This document shows, piece by piece, positions 31,081-40,956 of a stretch of 64,000 nt of DNA (position 1 is its first letter; each line of letters starts with the position of its first letter). The stretch comes from Deltaproteobacteria bacterium (GTDB lineage Bacteria > Desulfobacterota > Syntrophia > Syntrophales > UBA2185). The DNA lies in contig JAPLJS010000046.1 of the NCBI GenBank assembly GCA_026388545.1, forward strand, positions 23,396 to 87,395. Reading direction: 5' to 3'. The position numbers were made by a program, and so were the translations under genes. A model generated the notes under the pieces. That model had not been told where the DNA came from, made no database searches, and worked only from the letters and a program-made list of their open reading frames with translations.

Positions 31081-31833
31081 ATGAAAAGGATTGATTATAA
31101 AAAACTTCCCCAACACATTGCCATCATCATGGATGGTAATGGCAGATGGGCCGAAAAGCATACGCTCGGAAGAATATCGGGTCATAAAAGAGGCGCCAAA
31201 TCTGTTAAGCTTACCGTTAGAGCCTGTCGAGAAATTGGTATAAAATACCTTACCCTGTACGCACTTTCTATTGAAAATATGCTTCGTCCTCAAGAAGAAG
31301 TGGGAGCTTTGATGGATTTATTGGGGAAATACCTCCGATCAGAACTTCAAGAAATGCTTGATCACGATATCCGGTTGACAACAATTGGTAATATTGGGGC
31401 ATTAAAAGAACCTGTAAGAAATATGCTCAGGGAGGCAATGGAAAAGACGGCATATAACAAAGGGATGGTTCTCAATCTGGCGTTGAGTTATGGAGGGAGA
31501 GATGAGATTGTCGAGGCCGTGAAAGGCGTTTTAAAGGATAGTAGGGAAGGCAAAATTCTCTCTCAGGATGTAACAAAGGAGCTTTTTTCAAAGTATTTAT
31601 ATACCGCAGATATCCCCGATCCGGACCTGCTCATCAGAACAAGTGGTGAATACCGATTGAGTAATTTTCTATTATGGCAGACCGCTTATACAGAATTTTA
31701 TTTTACTGATGTCCTGTGGCCTGATTTTCGAAGAACACATCTCATAGAAGCCATTGCTGATTTTCAACAGAGAGAGAGGAGATTCGGATTAACGAGTGAC
31801 CAGCTTCAGAGGGGTGGTTCGGATATAGGATGA
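31081..31833 (+). CDS. uppS: Undecaprenyl diphosphate synthase (isoprenyl transferase)
   Basis: HIAIIMDGNGRWA...RTSGEYRLSNFLLWQ. Confidence 0.95.
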   Translation: MKRIDYKKLPQHIAIIMDGNGRWAEKHTLGRISGHKRGAKSVKLTVRACREIGIKYLTLYALSIENMLRPQEEVGALMDLLGKYLRSELQEMLDHDIRLTTIGNIGALKEPVRNMLREAMEKTAYNKGMVLNLALSYGGRDEIVEAVKGVLKDSREGKILSQDVTKELFSKYLYTADIPDPDLLIRTSGEYRLSNFLLWQTAYTEFYFTDVLWPDFRRTHLIEAIADFQQRERRFGLTSDQLQRGGSDIG

Positions 31834-32636
31834 GCCCCCACATTAAAAGATGGATTTCCGCGATTATCGCAATACCCATCCTCTTTACCATTATATTTTA
31901 TGGTTCTGAGGTTGTATTTACTGTCTTTATCGTACTTGTTATCCTCGGAGCTGTTCTTGAGTATAACAGGATGGTTTTTAACGGGGGATTAACCTGGGAA
32001 AAATGGGAAGGATTATTGGTTGCTTTGTTGATTCCTCTCGCTGTTTTTTCAGGTGATTTTCGTATTGTTCTGGCCGTCATTTCATTATCCATGTTAAGCG
32101 TTTTCTTTATCTTTCTCCTGAGGATAAACAGCAAGTCTTTTGATCTCGTTCCCGTTACCAAACTTGTTTTTGGCTTTATGTATATACCCCTCATGCTGTC
32201 GCATTTTATACTCCTGCGGCTTTCTGAAAACGGGATCATATGGATCTTCTTTATCCTGGTTTTGGCATTTTCGGGGGATATAGCTGCGTACTATTTAGGT
32301 AAAACAATTGGAAAGAGAAAACTGAGCCCCCTGATAAGTCCGGGAAAGACCGTGGAGGGAACGATTGGCTTATTCATAGGAAGCGTTCTCGGATGTGCTT
32401 TATTTCGATATTATTTTTATCCGACGCTTCCCATTGTTCACGTAGTAACATTGGGGATTATTGGAGGTATTCTCGGTCAACTGGGCGACCTTTGTGAATC
32501 CGCTATCAAAAGAAGTTCCGGTGTTAAGGATTCCGGATCTCTCATTCTTGGACACGGTGGGTTACTGGATCGTCTGGATTGTCTTATTTTCATTGTCCCA
32601 TTCGTATACTATTATCAACTATTTTTAATAATATGA
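31830..32636 (+). CDS. cdsA: Phosphatidate cytidylyltransferase
   Basis: Multi-TM protein with SAIKRSSGVKDSGSLILGHGGLLDRLD. Overlaps uppS by 4 nt. Confidence 0.9.
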   Translation: MSPHIKRWISAIIAIPILFTIIFYGSEVVFTVFIVLVILGAVLEYNRMVFNGGLTWEKWEGLLVALLIPLAVFSGDFRIVLAVISLSMLSVFFIFLLRINSKSFDLVPVTKLVFGFMYIPLMLSHFILLRLSENGIIWIFFILVLAFSGDIAAYYLGKTIGKRKLSPLISPGKTVEGTIGLFIGSVLGCALFRYYFYPTLPIVHVVTLGIIGGILGQLGDLCESAIKRSSGVKDSGSLILGHGGLLDRLDCLIFIVPFVYYYQLFLII

Positions 32637-33802
32637 AGAATATATCCATACTCGGGTCAACAGGTTCCATTGGGGTCAATGCATTAGATGTAATAGGGAA
32701 TAACCCTGACCGATTTAAAATTGTTGCACTTTCGGCAGGTACGAATGTTAAACTGTTAGGACGTCAAATTGATCAATTCAGGCCGGAGGTTGTTTCGGTT
32801 ATTGACGAGGAACATGCCCGTGAATTGAAGAAAATAGTAAATCCTTCCCTGAGAACCGACATTCTTTTCGGACCAGAGGGTTATCGTGAAGTAGCATCCG
32901 TAAAGAAAGCGGATATGGTGATTTCAGCTATGGTGGGTTCGGCAGGTCTCCTTCCCACAATAGAGGCTATTGAAGCCGGCAAAGATATTGCCCTTGCCAA
33001 CAAGGAAGTAATGGTCATGGCGGGAGCGCTTGTTGTTGAGAAGGCACGTAATAAGGATGTAAAGATATTGCCCGTAGACAGCGAGCACAGTGCTATATTT
33101 CAATGTATGGCAGGCCACAGGGGGCAGGATATAAAGCGAATAATTCTCACTGCTTCAGGCGGCCCCTTTCTCCACTTATCAAAGGAAGAGCTTAAAGAGG
33201 TAAAACCTGTTCAGGCATTAAAACATCCCAGCTGGCAGATGGGACAAAAAATTACCATCGATTCTGCTTCCATGATGAATAAGGGTCTTGAGGTTATTGA
33301 AGCAAGGTGGTTTTTTTCTGTTGATATTAATAACATCGAGATACACATTCATCCACAAAGTATTGTCCATTCTATGGTGGAATATGTCGATGGATCGGTA
33401 ATAGCGCAGCTCAGTGTGCCGGATATGAGGATACCCATAGCATATGCCCTTTCTTTTCCCGAAAGATTCCCCCATGGAGGTCATCGCCTTGATTTGTTGA
33501 AAATCGGTATCCTTGAATTTTTCAGCCCCGATGTTGATAAGTTTCCAAGCTTGAGGCTTGCCTATGAAGCTGGAAAAGCAGGGGGAACTATGCCGGCAGT
33601 TCTCAATGCGGCCAATGAGGTAGCGGTGGAGGCATTCTTAAACGAAACTATTCAGTTTACAAATATATCAAAAGTAATAGAAGAAGTACTTTCCTGTCAT
33701 CAAATAAAGGAATTTCCTACCCTCGGAGAAATTCTTGAAGCAGACCTATGGGCCAGGGACAGTGCGAAAATAACTGTTGAAAGGATGAAGGTTTTATCGT
33801 GA
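32633..33802 (+). CDS. dxr: 1-deoxy-D-xylulose-5-phosphate reductoisomerase
   Basis: MKNISILGSTGSIG start at the internal ATG (ATGA overlap with the cdsA stop). LANKE, DSEHSAIFQC. Confidence 0.95.
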   Translation: MKNISILGSTGSIGVNALDVIGNNPDRFKIVALSAGTNVKLLGRQIDQFRPEVVSVIDEEHARELKKIVNPSLRTDILFGPEGYREVASVKKADMVISAMVGSAGLLPTIEAIEAGKDIALANKEVMVMAGALVVEKARNKDVKILPVDSEHSAIFQCMAGHRGQDIKRIILTASGGPFLHLSKEELKEVKPVQALKHPSWQMGQKITIDSASMMNKGLEVIEARWFFSVDINNIEIHIHPQSIVHSMVEYVDGSVIAQLSVPDMRIPIAYALSFPERFPHGGHRLDLLKIGILEFFSPDVDKFPSLRLAYEAGKAGGTMPAVLNAANEVAVEAFLNETIQFTNISKVIEEVLSCHQIKEFPTLGEILEADLWARDSAKITVERMKVLS

Positions 33803-34902
33803 TAGGTATAAGCATTGTATCTGTAATAATATTGCTTGGTGTTCTCATTTTCGCCCATGAGGTCGGCCATTTCCTGGTGGCCAAATATTCGGGTGTTGGC
33901 GTACTGAAATTTTCCCTTGGATTTGGGCCAAGATTAATAGGGAAAAAGGTGGGGGAGACGGAATATCTTATTTCACTGATACCCCTTGGCGGTTATGTTA
34001 AACTCCTTGGTGAATCTGAAGGTGAGGAACTCTCGGAGGCGGATGCGAAAAGGTCTTTCCTGAAACAACCGGTCTCAAAAAGAATAGCCATTGTGGCCGC
34101 TGGTCCAATCTTCAATTTTTTGCTGGCCATTGTGATTTTTACCATTGTTTATATAGTCGGTGTTCCGACCCTGACCAACCAGATTGGTGGGGTTCAGGAG
34201 GGGTCTGCGGCAATTGAAGCGGGTATCGTGGAAGGAGATATCATTGCAGCAATCGACGGAAAAGAGATAACACGATGGGAGACACTTGCAGAAATCATTA
34301 GTAAAAGTGACGGCAGGGAATTGACGATCACAATAAGAAGGGATGATCAAATACGTGAAGTCGTATTAAAGCCAAGATTGACAAAAACAAAAAACATTTT
34401 TGGCGAAGAAATCGAGTCTTATAAGATGGGTATCAGTCCCTCATCACAACATACTGTAATTGAGAGAATGAATCCATTTACAGCCTTTTGGACAAGCCTG
34501 AAGCAAACGTGGTTCATAAGTAAGTTGACGGTAGTAAGCATTATTAAGATTTTTGAAGGTGTCGTTTCTCCGAAAACACTGGGTGGTCCCATTCTCATTG
34601 CCCAGATTGCCGGGGCTCAGGTAAAGGAAGGCATTATACCATTTGTGCTATTCATGGCTTTATTAAGTATCAATCTCGCTATTCTCAATCTATTTCCTAT
34701 CCCCATCCTCGATGGGGGACACCTTTTATTCTATCTTGTAGAAATTGTAACCGGCAGGGAAGTCAATATTAAATGGAGAGAAATGGCTCAGCAAATCGGC
34801 TTCGTCATGCTGATAATTCTCATGATATTTGTTTTTATCATGGATATAGAGAGACTCAATATTAATTTATTTGACGATATAAATAAAGTATTTAGCCGAT
34901 AA
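33799..34902 (+). CDS. rseP: RIP metalloprotease RseP (M50 family, one PDZ domain)
   Basis: GTG start. HEVGHF zinc motif, a PDZ-like middle region, and NLFPIPILDGGHL. Confidence 0.9.
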   Translation: MIGISIVSVIILLGVLIFAHEVGHFLVAKYSGVGVLKFSLGFGPRLIGKKVGETEYLISLIPLGGYVKLLGESEGEELSEADAKRSFLKQPVSKRIAIVAAGPIFNFLLAIVIFTIVYIVGVPTLTNQIGGVQEGSAAIEAGIVEGDIIAAIDGKEITRWETLAEIISKSDGRELTITIRRDDQIREVVLKPRLTKTKNIFGEEIESYKMGISPSSQHTVIERMNPFTAFWTSLKQTWFISKLTVVSIIKIFEGVVSPKTLGGPILIAQIAGAQVKEGIIPFVLFMALLSINLAILNLFPIPILDGGHLLFYLVEIVTGREVNIKWREMAQQIGFVMLIILMIFVFIMDIERLNINLFDDINKVFSR

Positions 34903-34904
34903 TT

Positions 34905-35594
34905 ATGTTGATTTTAGCAGTTGATACTTCTACAAAAACGGCTGGCATTGCGCTGCTCAATGATGATGATATACTGTTTGATATTTTCGTAAATCTGGGT
35001 GTAAATCATTCCATTGTGTTGTTGCCCGCCTTACATGATTTATGCGTACTGTCATGTGTAGACATTGGCAGTATTGATCTTTTCGTGTGCACAATAGGGC
35101 CTGGGTCATTTACAGGGCTTCGAGTTGGTGCAAGTACCGTAAAGGGACTTGCCATGGCAACAGATAAACCGGTTGTCGGTGTATCAACTCTGGACGCCTT
35201 GGCGTTTAATATCGTCGGCTCGGAGAAATTAGTGTGCCCTATGTTGGATGCAAAGAAAAACCAGGTCTATACGACACTCTTCAGGATTGGGCAAGATAGC
35301 ATACTTGAAAAAATTGAAAGTGAAAAGGTGATTGATGTCGAGGAATTTTTACAGCGCATGTACGAAGATGTCATATTCGTGGGTGATGGAGCTATAAAAT
35401 ACGCCGGACTCATTAATGACATATTGCCAGGCAAATCTTTTTTCGCATCTTGTTGGCATCAATATGTGAGAGCATCAGCAGTAGGTCTTTTAGGGAGAAG
35501 AAAATATTCTGAAGGAGATGTTTTGGATTCTCTTACCTTTACACCGAGGTATCTCCGTCCTTCTGAGGCGGAGGTGAAACACACCTTACGGTAA
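34905..35594 (+). CDS. tsaB: tRNA t6A37 biosynthesis protein TsaB
   Basis: MLILAVDTSTKTAGIAL...GPGSFTGLRVG. Confidence 0.88.
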   Translation: MLILAVDTSTKTAGIALLNDDDILFDIFVNLGVNHSIVLLPALHDLCVLSCVDIGSIDLFVCTIGPGSFTGLRVGASTVKGLAMATDKPVVGVSTLDALAFNIVGSEKLVCPMLDAKKNQVYTTLFRIGQDSILEKIESEKVIDVEEFLQRMYEDVIFVGDGAIKYAGLINDILPGKSFFASCWHQYVRASAVGLLGRRKYSEGDVLDSLTFTPRYLRPSEAEVKHTLR

Positions 35595-35704
35595 TTATTT
35601 ACTTATCGGTGGGAAGATGCTCAGCGACCGAGGGAATATAAGGAATATGAAGTGTTGACAAGCGTTTTCGTTTAATATAAAAATAATAGCAGGAGGATGT
35701 ATAT

Positions 35705-35926
35705 ATGGAAGAGGCTGATGAGCTCTTGATCAAAAAATATATTCATCAGGATGAGGAGTTAAGGAATTACATTGAAAATCACGAAAAACTTGAAGCGGAT
35801 ATTGAGAATTATAACAAGCGTATCTATCTGACGGCTGAGGAAGAAATTGAAAAGAAGAATTTACAAAAAAGGAAACTCCGGGGAAAAGAGCAGATATACA
35901 GAATCCTCCATAAGTACCGTGACTAG
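35705..35926 (+). CDS. DUF465 (YdcH-like) coiled-coil protein
   Basis: 73 aa. HEKLEADIENYNKR...EIEKKNLQKRKLRGKEQIYRIL pattern. Confidence 0.6.
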   Translation: MEEADELLIKKYIHQDEELRNYIENHEKLEADIENYNKRIYLTAEEEIEKKNLQKRKLRGKEQIYRILHKYRD

Positions 35927-35986
35927 CCATTAGAGAGATCAAGGTAAACGCCATGAAGAGATTTTAAAGAGTGTATAATATAAAAA

Positions 35987-36628
35987 ATGGATCATGACAG
36001 CATCATAGCCCGTGAGGGTCTTCCATTCATCGTACCGCTCGTTATTTTTACTATCGGGTTCGCTTTTTTCAATATCTTTTGGCTTGCATCTCTCTTTTTT
36101 ATTGCTACTGCTTTTGTGACCTGGTTTTTCAGGAATCCTCAGCGAAAAGTACCCGATGATGCAAATGCCATTATATCTCCTGCAGATGGGGAAATTATTA
36201 AGATAGAAGGTGTTCTTGAAGGAGATTATCTCAAAGGTCCATCAAAAAAAATAAGTATATTCATGAATGTCTTTAATGTTCATGTCAACCGGATACCGTA
36301 TTCGGGAACGGTGGAAAGCATACACTACAATAAAGGAGATTTTTTTTCTGCAAGTTTGGATAAAGCATCATTACATAATGAAAAAAATTCAATTATTATT
36401 AAAACCGATGACGGCAAAAAAATTTTAACGGTACAGATAGCAGGATTAATAGCAAGAAGGATCGAATGCTGGATAAAAGAAGGGATGTACGTTAACAAAG
36501 GCGAGCGATTTGGTCTTATACGATTCGGTTCGCGTCTTGAAGTCTTTCTTCCTTCCGATTCGATAACATCCGTAAAAGTGGGCGATAAGGTGAAGGCAGG
36601 AGAGACACTGATAGGATGGCTAAAATGA
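35987..36628 (+). CDS. psd: Phosphatidylserine decarboxylase, short form
   Basis: 213 aa. Processing-site region IRFGSRLEVFLP and N-terminal TM helices. Confidence 0.88.
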   Translation: MDHDSIIAREGLPFIVPLVIFTIGFAFFNIFWLASLFFIATAFVTWFFRNPQRKVPDDANAIISPADGEIIKIEGVLEGDYLKGPSKKISIFMNVFNVHVNRIPYSGTVESIHYNKGDFFSASLDKASLHNEKNSIIIKTDDGKKILTVQIAGLIARRIECWIKEGMYVNKGERFGLIRFGSRLEVFLPSDSITSVKVGDKVKAGETLIGWLK

Positions 36629-37416
36629 AAAAGAATGCCACATTTAAAAGAGAGCGTGTAAAAAAAGGAATATATTTATTGCCCAACCTCTTAACAACGG
36701 GAAGTATTTTTTGTGGATTTTATTCTATAATCGCCTCCATGAAAGGAGAATATTGGCTAGCGGCGGTAGCTATTTTGATAGCTTTCGTCCTTGATGGTCT
36801 GGACGGCAGAATTGCACGAATGACGAACACGACCAGCAAGTTCGGTTCGGAATACGACTCCCTGTCAGACCTGGTGGCCTTTGGTGTTGCACCGGCCATT
36901 CTCACCTATACGTGGGCTCTTTCAGTATACGGGAAATGGGGGTGGCTTGCAGCATTTCTTTTTGTCGTCTGTGGTGCACTACGTCTGGCAAGATTCAATA
37001 TTCAGATAGGCTTAATTGAAAGCAAGGTTTTTAATGGGCTCCCGATTCCGGGAGCAGCCGCTGTTGTTGCAACCGGGATATTGCTTTTCTTCTACCTTGG
37101 AGGAGAGGGGAAATTTAATAATCTATCGATATTGATAGGTATGGTAATTTTAGCATTACTGATGGTAAGCAATATCAAATTTTACAGTTTTAAAGACCTA
37201 AACTATTTTTCAAGAAAGCCCTTCATGTCTTTTGTTTTGATTGTGCTTATCATGATTATTGTTATTGCAGAACCTCAGATTATGATGTTTACCTTTTCTT
37301 TCGGTTATAGTTTGTCCGGTCCGATATGGCTGATGATGAAGGTAGGCAAAAAGGCATACACAGAATTGAAGTCAAAAGGGTTTAGGGTTTATTCAAAGCG
37401 GATGCTGAAAAAGTAA
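36616..37416 (+). CDS. pssA: CDP-diacylglycerol-serine O-phosphatidyltransferase
   Basis: DGLDGRIAR...SLSDLVAFG CDP-alcohol transferase motif. The true start may be the ATG at 36625, which forms an ATGA overlap with the psd stop. Confidence 0.9.
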   Translation: MAKMKKNATFKRERVKKGIYLLPNLLTTGSIFCGFYSIIASMKGEYWLAAVAILIAFVLDGLDGRIARMTNTTSKFGSEYDSLSDLVAFGVAPAILTYTWALSVYGKWGWLAAFLFVVCGALRLARFNIQIGLIESKVFNGLPIPGAAAVVATGILLFFYLGGEGKFNNLSILIGMVILALLMVSNIKFYSFKDLNYFSRKPFMSFVLIVLIMIIVIAEPQIMMFTFSFGYSLSGPIWLMMKVGKKAYTELKSKGFRVYSKRMLKK

Positions 37417-37529
37417 AAAAGTGGGAATAAACGCAAGAAGACGCGCCTCCTCTCTTCGATGGTGATACATACACGGGGACCTTTTCAGCGGTCTTGAATT
37501 TAAAAATATCTAAGGCGAAGGATAATTTT

Positions 37530-38546
37530 GTGAAGGCATATCATGTTGCGGTAGTTGGCGCCACGGGCGCTGTCGGGAATGAGATGGTTAAGATTCTTGA
37601 AGAAAGAAGATTTCCCGTTGGCCATATAACGCTCCTTGCTTCAGAACGTTCAATCGGAAAGGATCTAAAATTTAATGGTAAGTCGATTCCCGTTCAAGTG
37701 TTGAATGAGAAGTCATTTTCAGGAGTCGAAATAGGGCTTTTTTCGGCTGGAGGAAGCATCAGTCAGCGTTTTGCCCCTATTGCCGTGGCGTCTGGATGTG
37801 TTGTGATTGACAACACAAGCGCATTCAGGATGGAGCCTGATGTCCCTCTCGTGGTACCCGAGGTAAATCCTGAAACAATCGGCATGTACAAGAACAGAGG
37901 GATAATAGCAAATCCGAACTGTTCTACCATTCAAATGGTCGTAGCCCTCAAACCGATTCACGATGCGGTGAAGATCAAGCGAGTTGTTGTATCTACGTAT
38001 CAGGCCGTATCGGGGACGGGGAAGAAAGCCATTGAAGAGCTGATAGAGCAGACGAGGGCTATTTTAAGCAATTGCGTACCGGAGGTTAAGGTATATCCCC
38101 ATAGGATAGCATTTAACTGCTTGCCCCATATTGATGTGTTTTTGGATAATGGCTATACCAAAGAAGAGATGAAGATGGTAAATGAAACCAAGAAGATTTT
38201 CAATGATCAAACGATCGCCGTAACTGCCACTACGGTAAGAGTGCCCGTTTTATATGGACATTCAGAGTCTGTAAATATCGAAACGGAAAGAAAGATTACC
38301 GCAGAAGAACTAAGGAGCATTCTTTCTTGTGCACCCGGAGTAACGGTGATGGACGATGTGAAAGGAAATATATATCCGCTTCCCATTGATGCGGCGGGCA
38401 AAGATGATACGTTTGTCGGAAGGATCAGGGAAGATGAATCCATAGAAAACGGTATCAATATGTGGATTGTTTCGGATAATGTGAGAAAGGGTGCCGCATT
38501 GAATGCTGTGCAGATTGCTGAAATTCTTATCAGAGACTACCTATGA
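37530..38546 (+). CDS. asd: Aspartate-semialdehyde dehydrogenase
   Basis: VAVVGATGAVG, active-site NPNCSTI. A GTG at 37530 after AAGGA is preferred over the TTG at 37494; the start is uncertain. Confidence 0.92.
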   Translation: MKAYHVAVVGATGAVGNEMVKILEERRFPVGHITLLASERSIGKDLKFNGKSIPVQVLNEKSFSGVEIGLFSAGGSISQRFAPIAVASGCVVIDNTSAFRMEPDVPLVVPEVNPETIGMYKNRGIIANPNCSTIQMVVALKPIHDAVKIKRVVVSTYQAVSGTGKKAIEELIEQTRAILSNCVPEVKVYPHRIAFNCLPHIDVFLDNGYTKEEMKMVNETKKIFNDQTIAVTATTVRVPVLYGHSESVNIETERKITAEELRSILSCAPGVTVMDDVKGNIYPLPIDAAGKDDTFVGRIREDESIENGINMWIVSDNVRKGAALNAVQIAEILIRDYL

Positions 38547-39100
38547 GAATTATTGGAGGTGATGCCAAGGGCAGACACATCCATTTACCAAAAAAAAGTA
38601 AAATAAGGCCTACCTCGGACGGGATCAAGGAATCACTTTTCAATATACTTCAAGAATTTACCGGTAAGTTATTCCTTGATCTTTTTGCAGGGAGCGGGAA
38701 TGTGGGCTTGGAAGCTTTAAGCAGGGGCGCCGCAAAGGTAGTTTTTATTGAAAAAAATGCTGCTATGGTGAATGCCATAAGGAAAAACATTGTGGAATTA
38801 GGCTTCAGCGGCAGGTACGAAATTATAGCAATTGAGGCCGCAAGGGGTATAAGGCAACTGCAAAAAAGAAGCGAAAGATTTGATTTCTTATTTGCTGACC
38901 CACCGTATGAAAAAGGGTTTATCAGTGAGATTTTCCAATGTCTTGGTGAAGGGAATGTGGTTTCCGACGACGGAGTTGTAATAATCCAGCATTCAATAAG
39001 AGAAGATGTGCATGAACAGTATCCGGGTGATTTTATATTGACAGATCAGAGAAGATATGGCGATACGCTTCTTACTTTTTTAAAAATAAGAAGGCTATAA
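38543..39100 (+). CDS. rsmD: 16S rRNA (guanine966-N2)-methyltransferase
   Basis: RIIGGDAKGR...RPTSDGIKESLFNIL...FADPPY. Confidence 0.88.
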   Translation: MRIIGGDAKGRHIHLPKKSKIRPTSDGIKESLFNILQEFTGKLFLDLFAGSGNVGLEALSRGAAKVVFIEKNAAMVNAIRKNIVELGFSGRYEIIAIEAARGIRQLQKRSERFDFLFADPPYEKGFISEIFQCLGEGNVVSDDGVVIIQHSIREDVHEQYPGDFILTDQRRYGDTLLTFLKIRRL

Positions 39101-39113
39101 AAGGAATGTATAT

Positions 39114-39599
39114 ATGAAAAAAATGGCTGTGTATCCTGGTTCATTTGATCCTATTACCAACGGACATGTCGACCTTATAAAAAGGGGATCGAGAATATTT
39201 GATGAGATTGTTGTTCTTATAGCTTATAACCCGAATAAGCCAACGTATCTCTTTTCTGTTGAAGAGCGGATGGAAATGATCAGTGAAGTAATTATGAGTT
39301 ATGAGAGAGTGCGAGTAGATAGTTACGCAGGACTTCTCGTTGATTATGTCAAACAGTCCGGTGCAAATATCATATTAAGAGGTTTGAGAGCAATTTCCGA
39401 TTTTGAATATGAATTTCAGCTGGCCCTTATCAATCGAAGACTTAACAACGATGTGGAAACCGTATTTCTTATGACAAGTTACGAATGGTTTTTTACAAGC
39501 TCTCAAATAATCAAAGAAGCGGCCAGTTTGGGGGGATCTGTACAGGGACTGGTTCCGGATATTGTCTGTAAGAAGTTAAAAGAAAAATACGCAAAGTAA
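39114..39599 (+). CDS. coaD: Phosphopantetheine adenylyltransferase
   Basis: AVYPGSFDPITNGHVDLI...ISDFEYE. Confidence 0.95.
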   Translation: MKKMAVYPGSFDPITNGHVDLIKRGSRIFDEIVVLIAYNPNKPTYLFSVEERMEMISEVIMSYERVRVDSYAGLLVDYVKQSGANIILRGLRAISDFEYEFQLALINRRLNNDVETVFLMTSYEWFFTSSQIIKEAASLGGSVQGLVPDIVCKKLKEKYAK

Positions 39600-39613
39600 G
39601 AGAACGAATATTT

Positions 39614-40807
39614 ATGAAACTATCATCAAGGATATCTGCGATAAAACCATCAACTACACTGGCAATTACTGCCAAGGCAAATGCATTAAAGGCAGAGGGC
39701 AGGGATATAATCGGTTTTGGTGCCGGAGAACCTGATTTTGATACCCCGATCCATATCAAAATGGCAGCCATAAAGGCAATAGAGGAAGGGTTTACGAAAT
39801 ATACACCCGTTGATGGAATTGTTGAATTGAAAGATGCGATCATCCATAAGTTGCAACGGGATAATCAATTAAGTTACGGCAGATCCCAGGTTGTTGTCTC
39901 CTGCGGAGCAAAGCATACCCTTTATAACCTTATCCAGGTATTGTGTGAGGAGGGCGATGAGGTTATTATCCCATCTCCCTATTGGGTCTCTTATCTGGAC
40001 ATGGTCGTTCTTTCCGGTGCACGACCAGTAATTATTAAAACCAATGAATCACAGGGTTTTAAAATGCATCCACAGCAGCTTGAAGGTACGATCAATGAAA
40101 AAACAAAAGTGATCATCTTAAACAGCCCGTCGAATCCTGCTGGTGTGGTCTATAATGCTTCGGAACTGGATGCCCTGGCTAAAATAATACTCAAAAGAGG
40201 TATTCTTGTCATATCCGACGATATCTACGAAAAAATCATCTACGATGGTTTGCCATTTAGTAACATTACATCCGTCAATGAAGAGATGAAGAATTTAACG
40301 ATCGTTGTCAATGGTGTTTCCAAAGCTTATTCCATGACGGGCTGGAGAATAGGATATGCCGCCGGTCCCGAAGAGATTATTGCTGCCGTGACGAAACTTC
40401 AAAGTCAAAATACATCGAATCCAACATCTATTGCTCAAAAAGCAGCCGTAGAGGCTTTGAACGGAAATCAAGATGGTGTGGCTGAAATGGTAGCAGAGTT
40501 CAGAAAGAGGAGAGATGTCATCGTGGAAAAACTCAATGCCATACCCGGCATTACCTGTATGAATCCACAGGGAGCTTTTTATGTTTTTCCCGATATTTCT
40601 GCGTTATTCGGACGTTCATATCAGGGAAGAACAATATCTAACTCATCTGATCTGACAGAGTATCTCTTGGATGAGGCCGATATCGCCGTCGTTCCAGGGG
40701 ATGATTTTGGTCATGATGATCATATTCGCCTTTCCTACGCCACATCCATGAAGAATATAGAAGAAGGACTGAAGCGGTTAAGAAGTGCCGTCATGAATCT
40801 TTCATGA
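39614..40807 (+). CDS. Aspartate/aromatic aminotransferase (class I)
   Basis: 397 aa. GAGEPDFDTP, NSPSNPAGVVY, NGVSKAYSMTGWRIGY. Confidence 0.9.
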   Translation: MKLSSRISAIKPSTTLAITAKANALKAEGRDIIGFGAGEPDFDTPIHIKMAAIKAIEEGFTKYTPVDGIVELKDAIIHKLQRDNQLSYGRSQVVVSCGAKHTLYNLIQVLCEEGDEVIIPSPYWVSYLDMVVLSGARPVIIKTNESQGFKMHPQQLEGTINEKTKVIILNSPSNPAGVVYNASELDALAKIILKRGILVISDDIYEKIIYDGLPFSNITSVNEEMKNLTIVVNGVSKAYSMTGWRIGYAAGPEEIIAAVTKLQSQNTSNPTSIAQKAAVEALNGNQDGVAEMVAEFRKRRDVIVEKLNAIPGITCMNPQGAFYVFPDISALFGRSYQGRTISNSSDLTEYLLDEADIAVVPGDDFGHDDHIRLSYATSMKNIEEGLKRLRSAVMNLS

Positions 40808-40956
40808 AAGTATAAGGAAACCCGCTCAAACTACATGCAACACGGCAGTATCTGGGATGCATTCACGGTAAAAGAGTCGATCAGTCAAACTCTTCCATCC
40901 GCTGAGAGAAATTTCTTTGAATAATACATGTTCATTTTTGCTGAGGAAGGACGAAT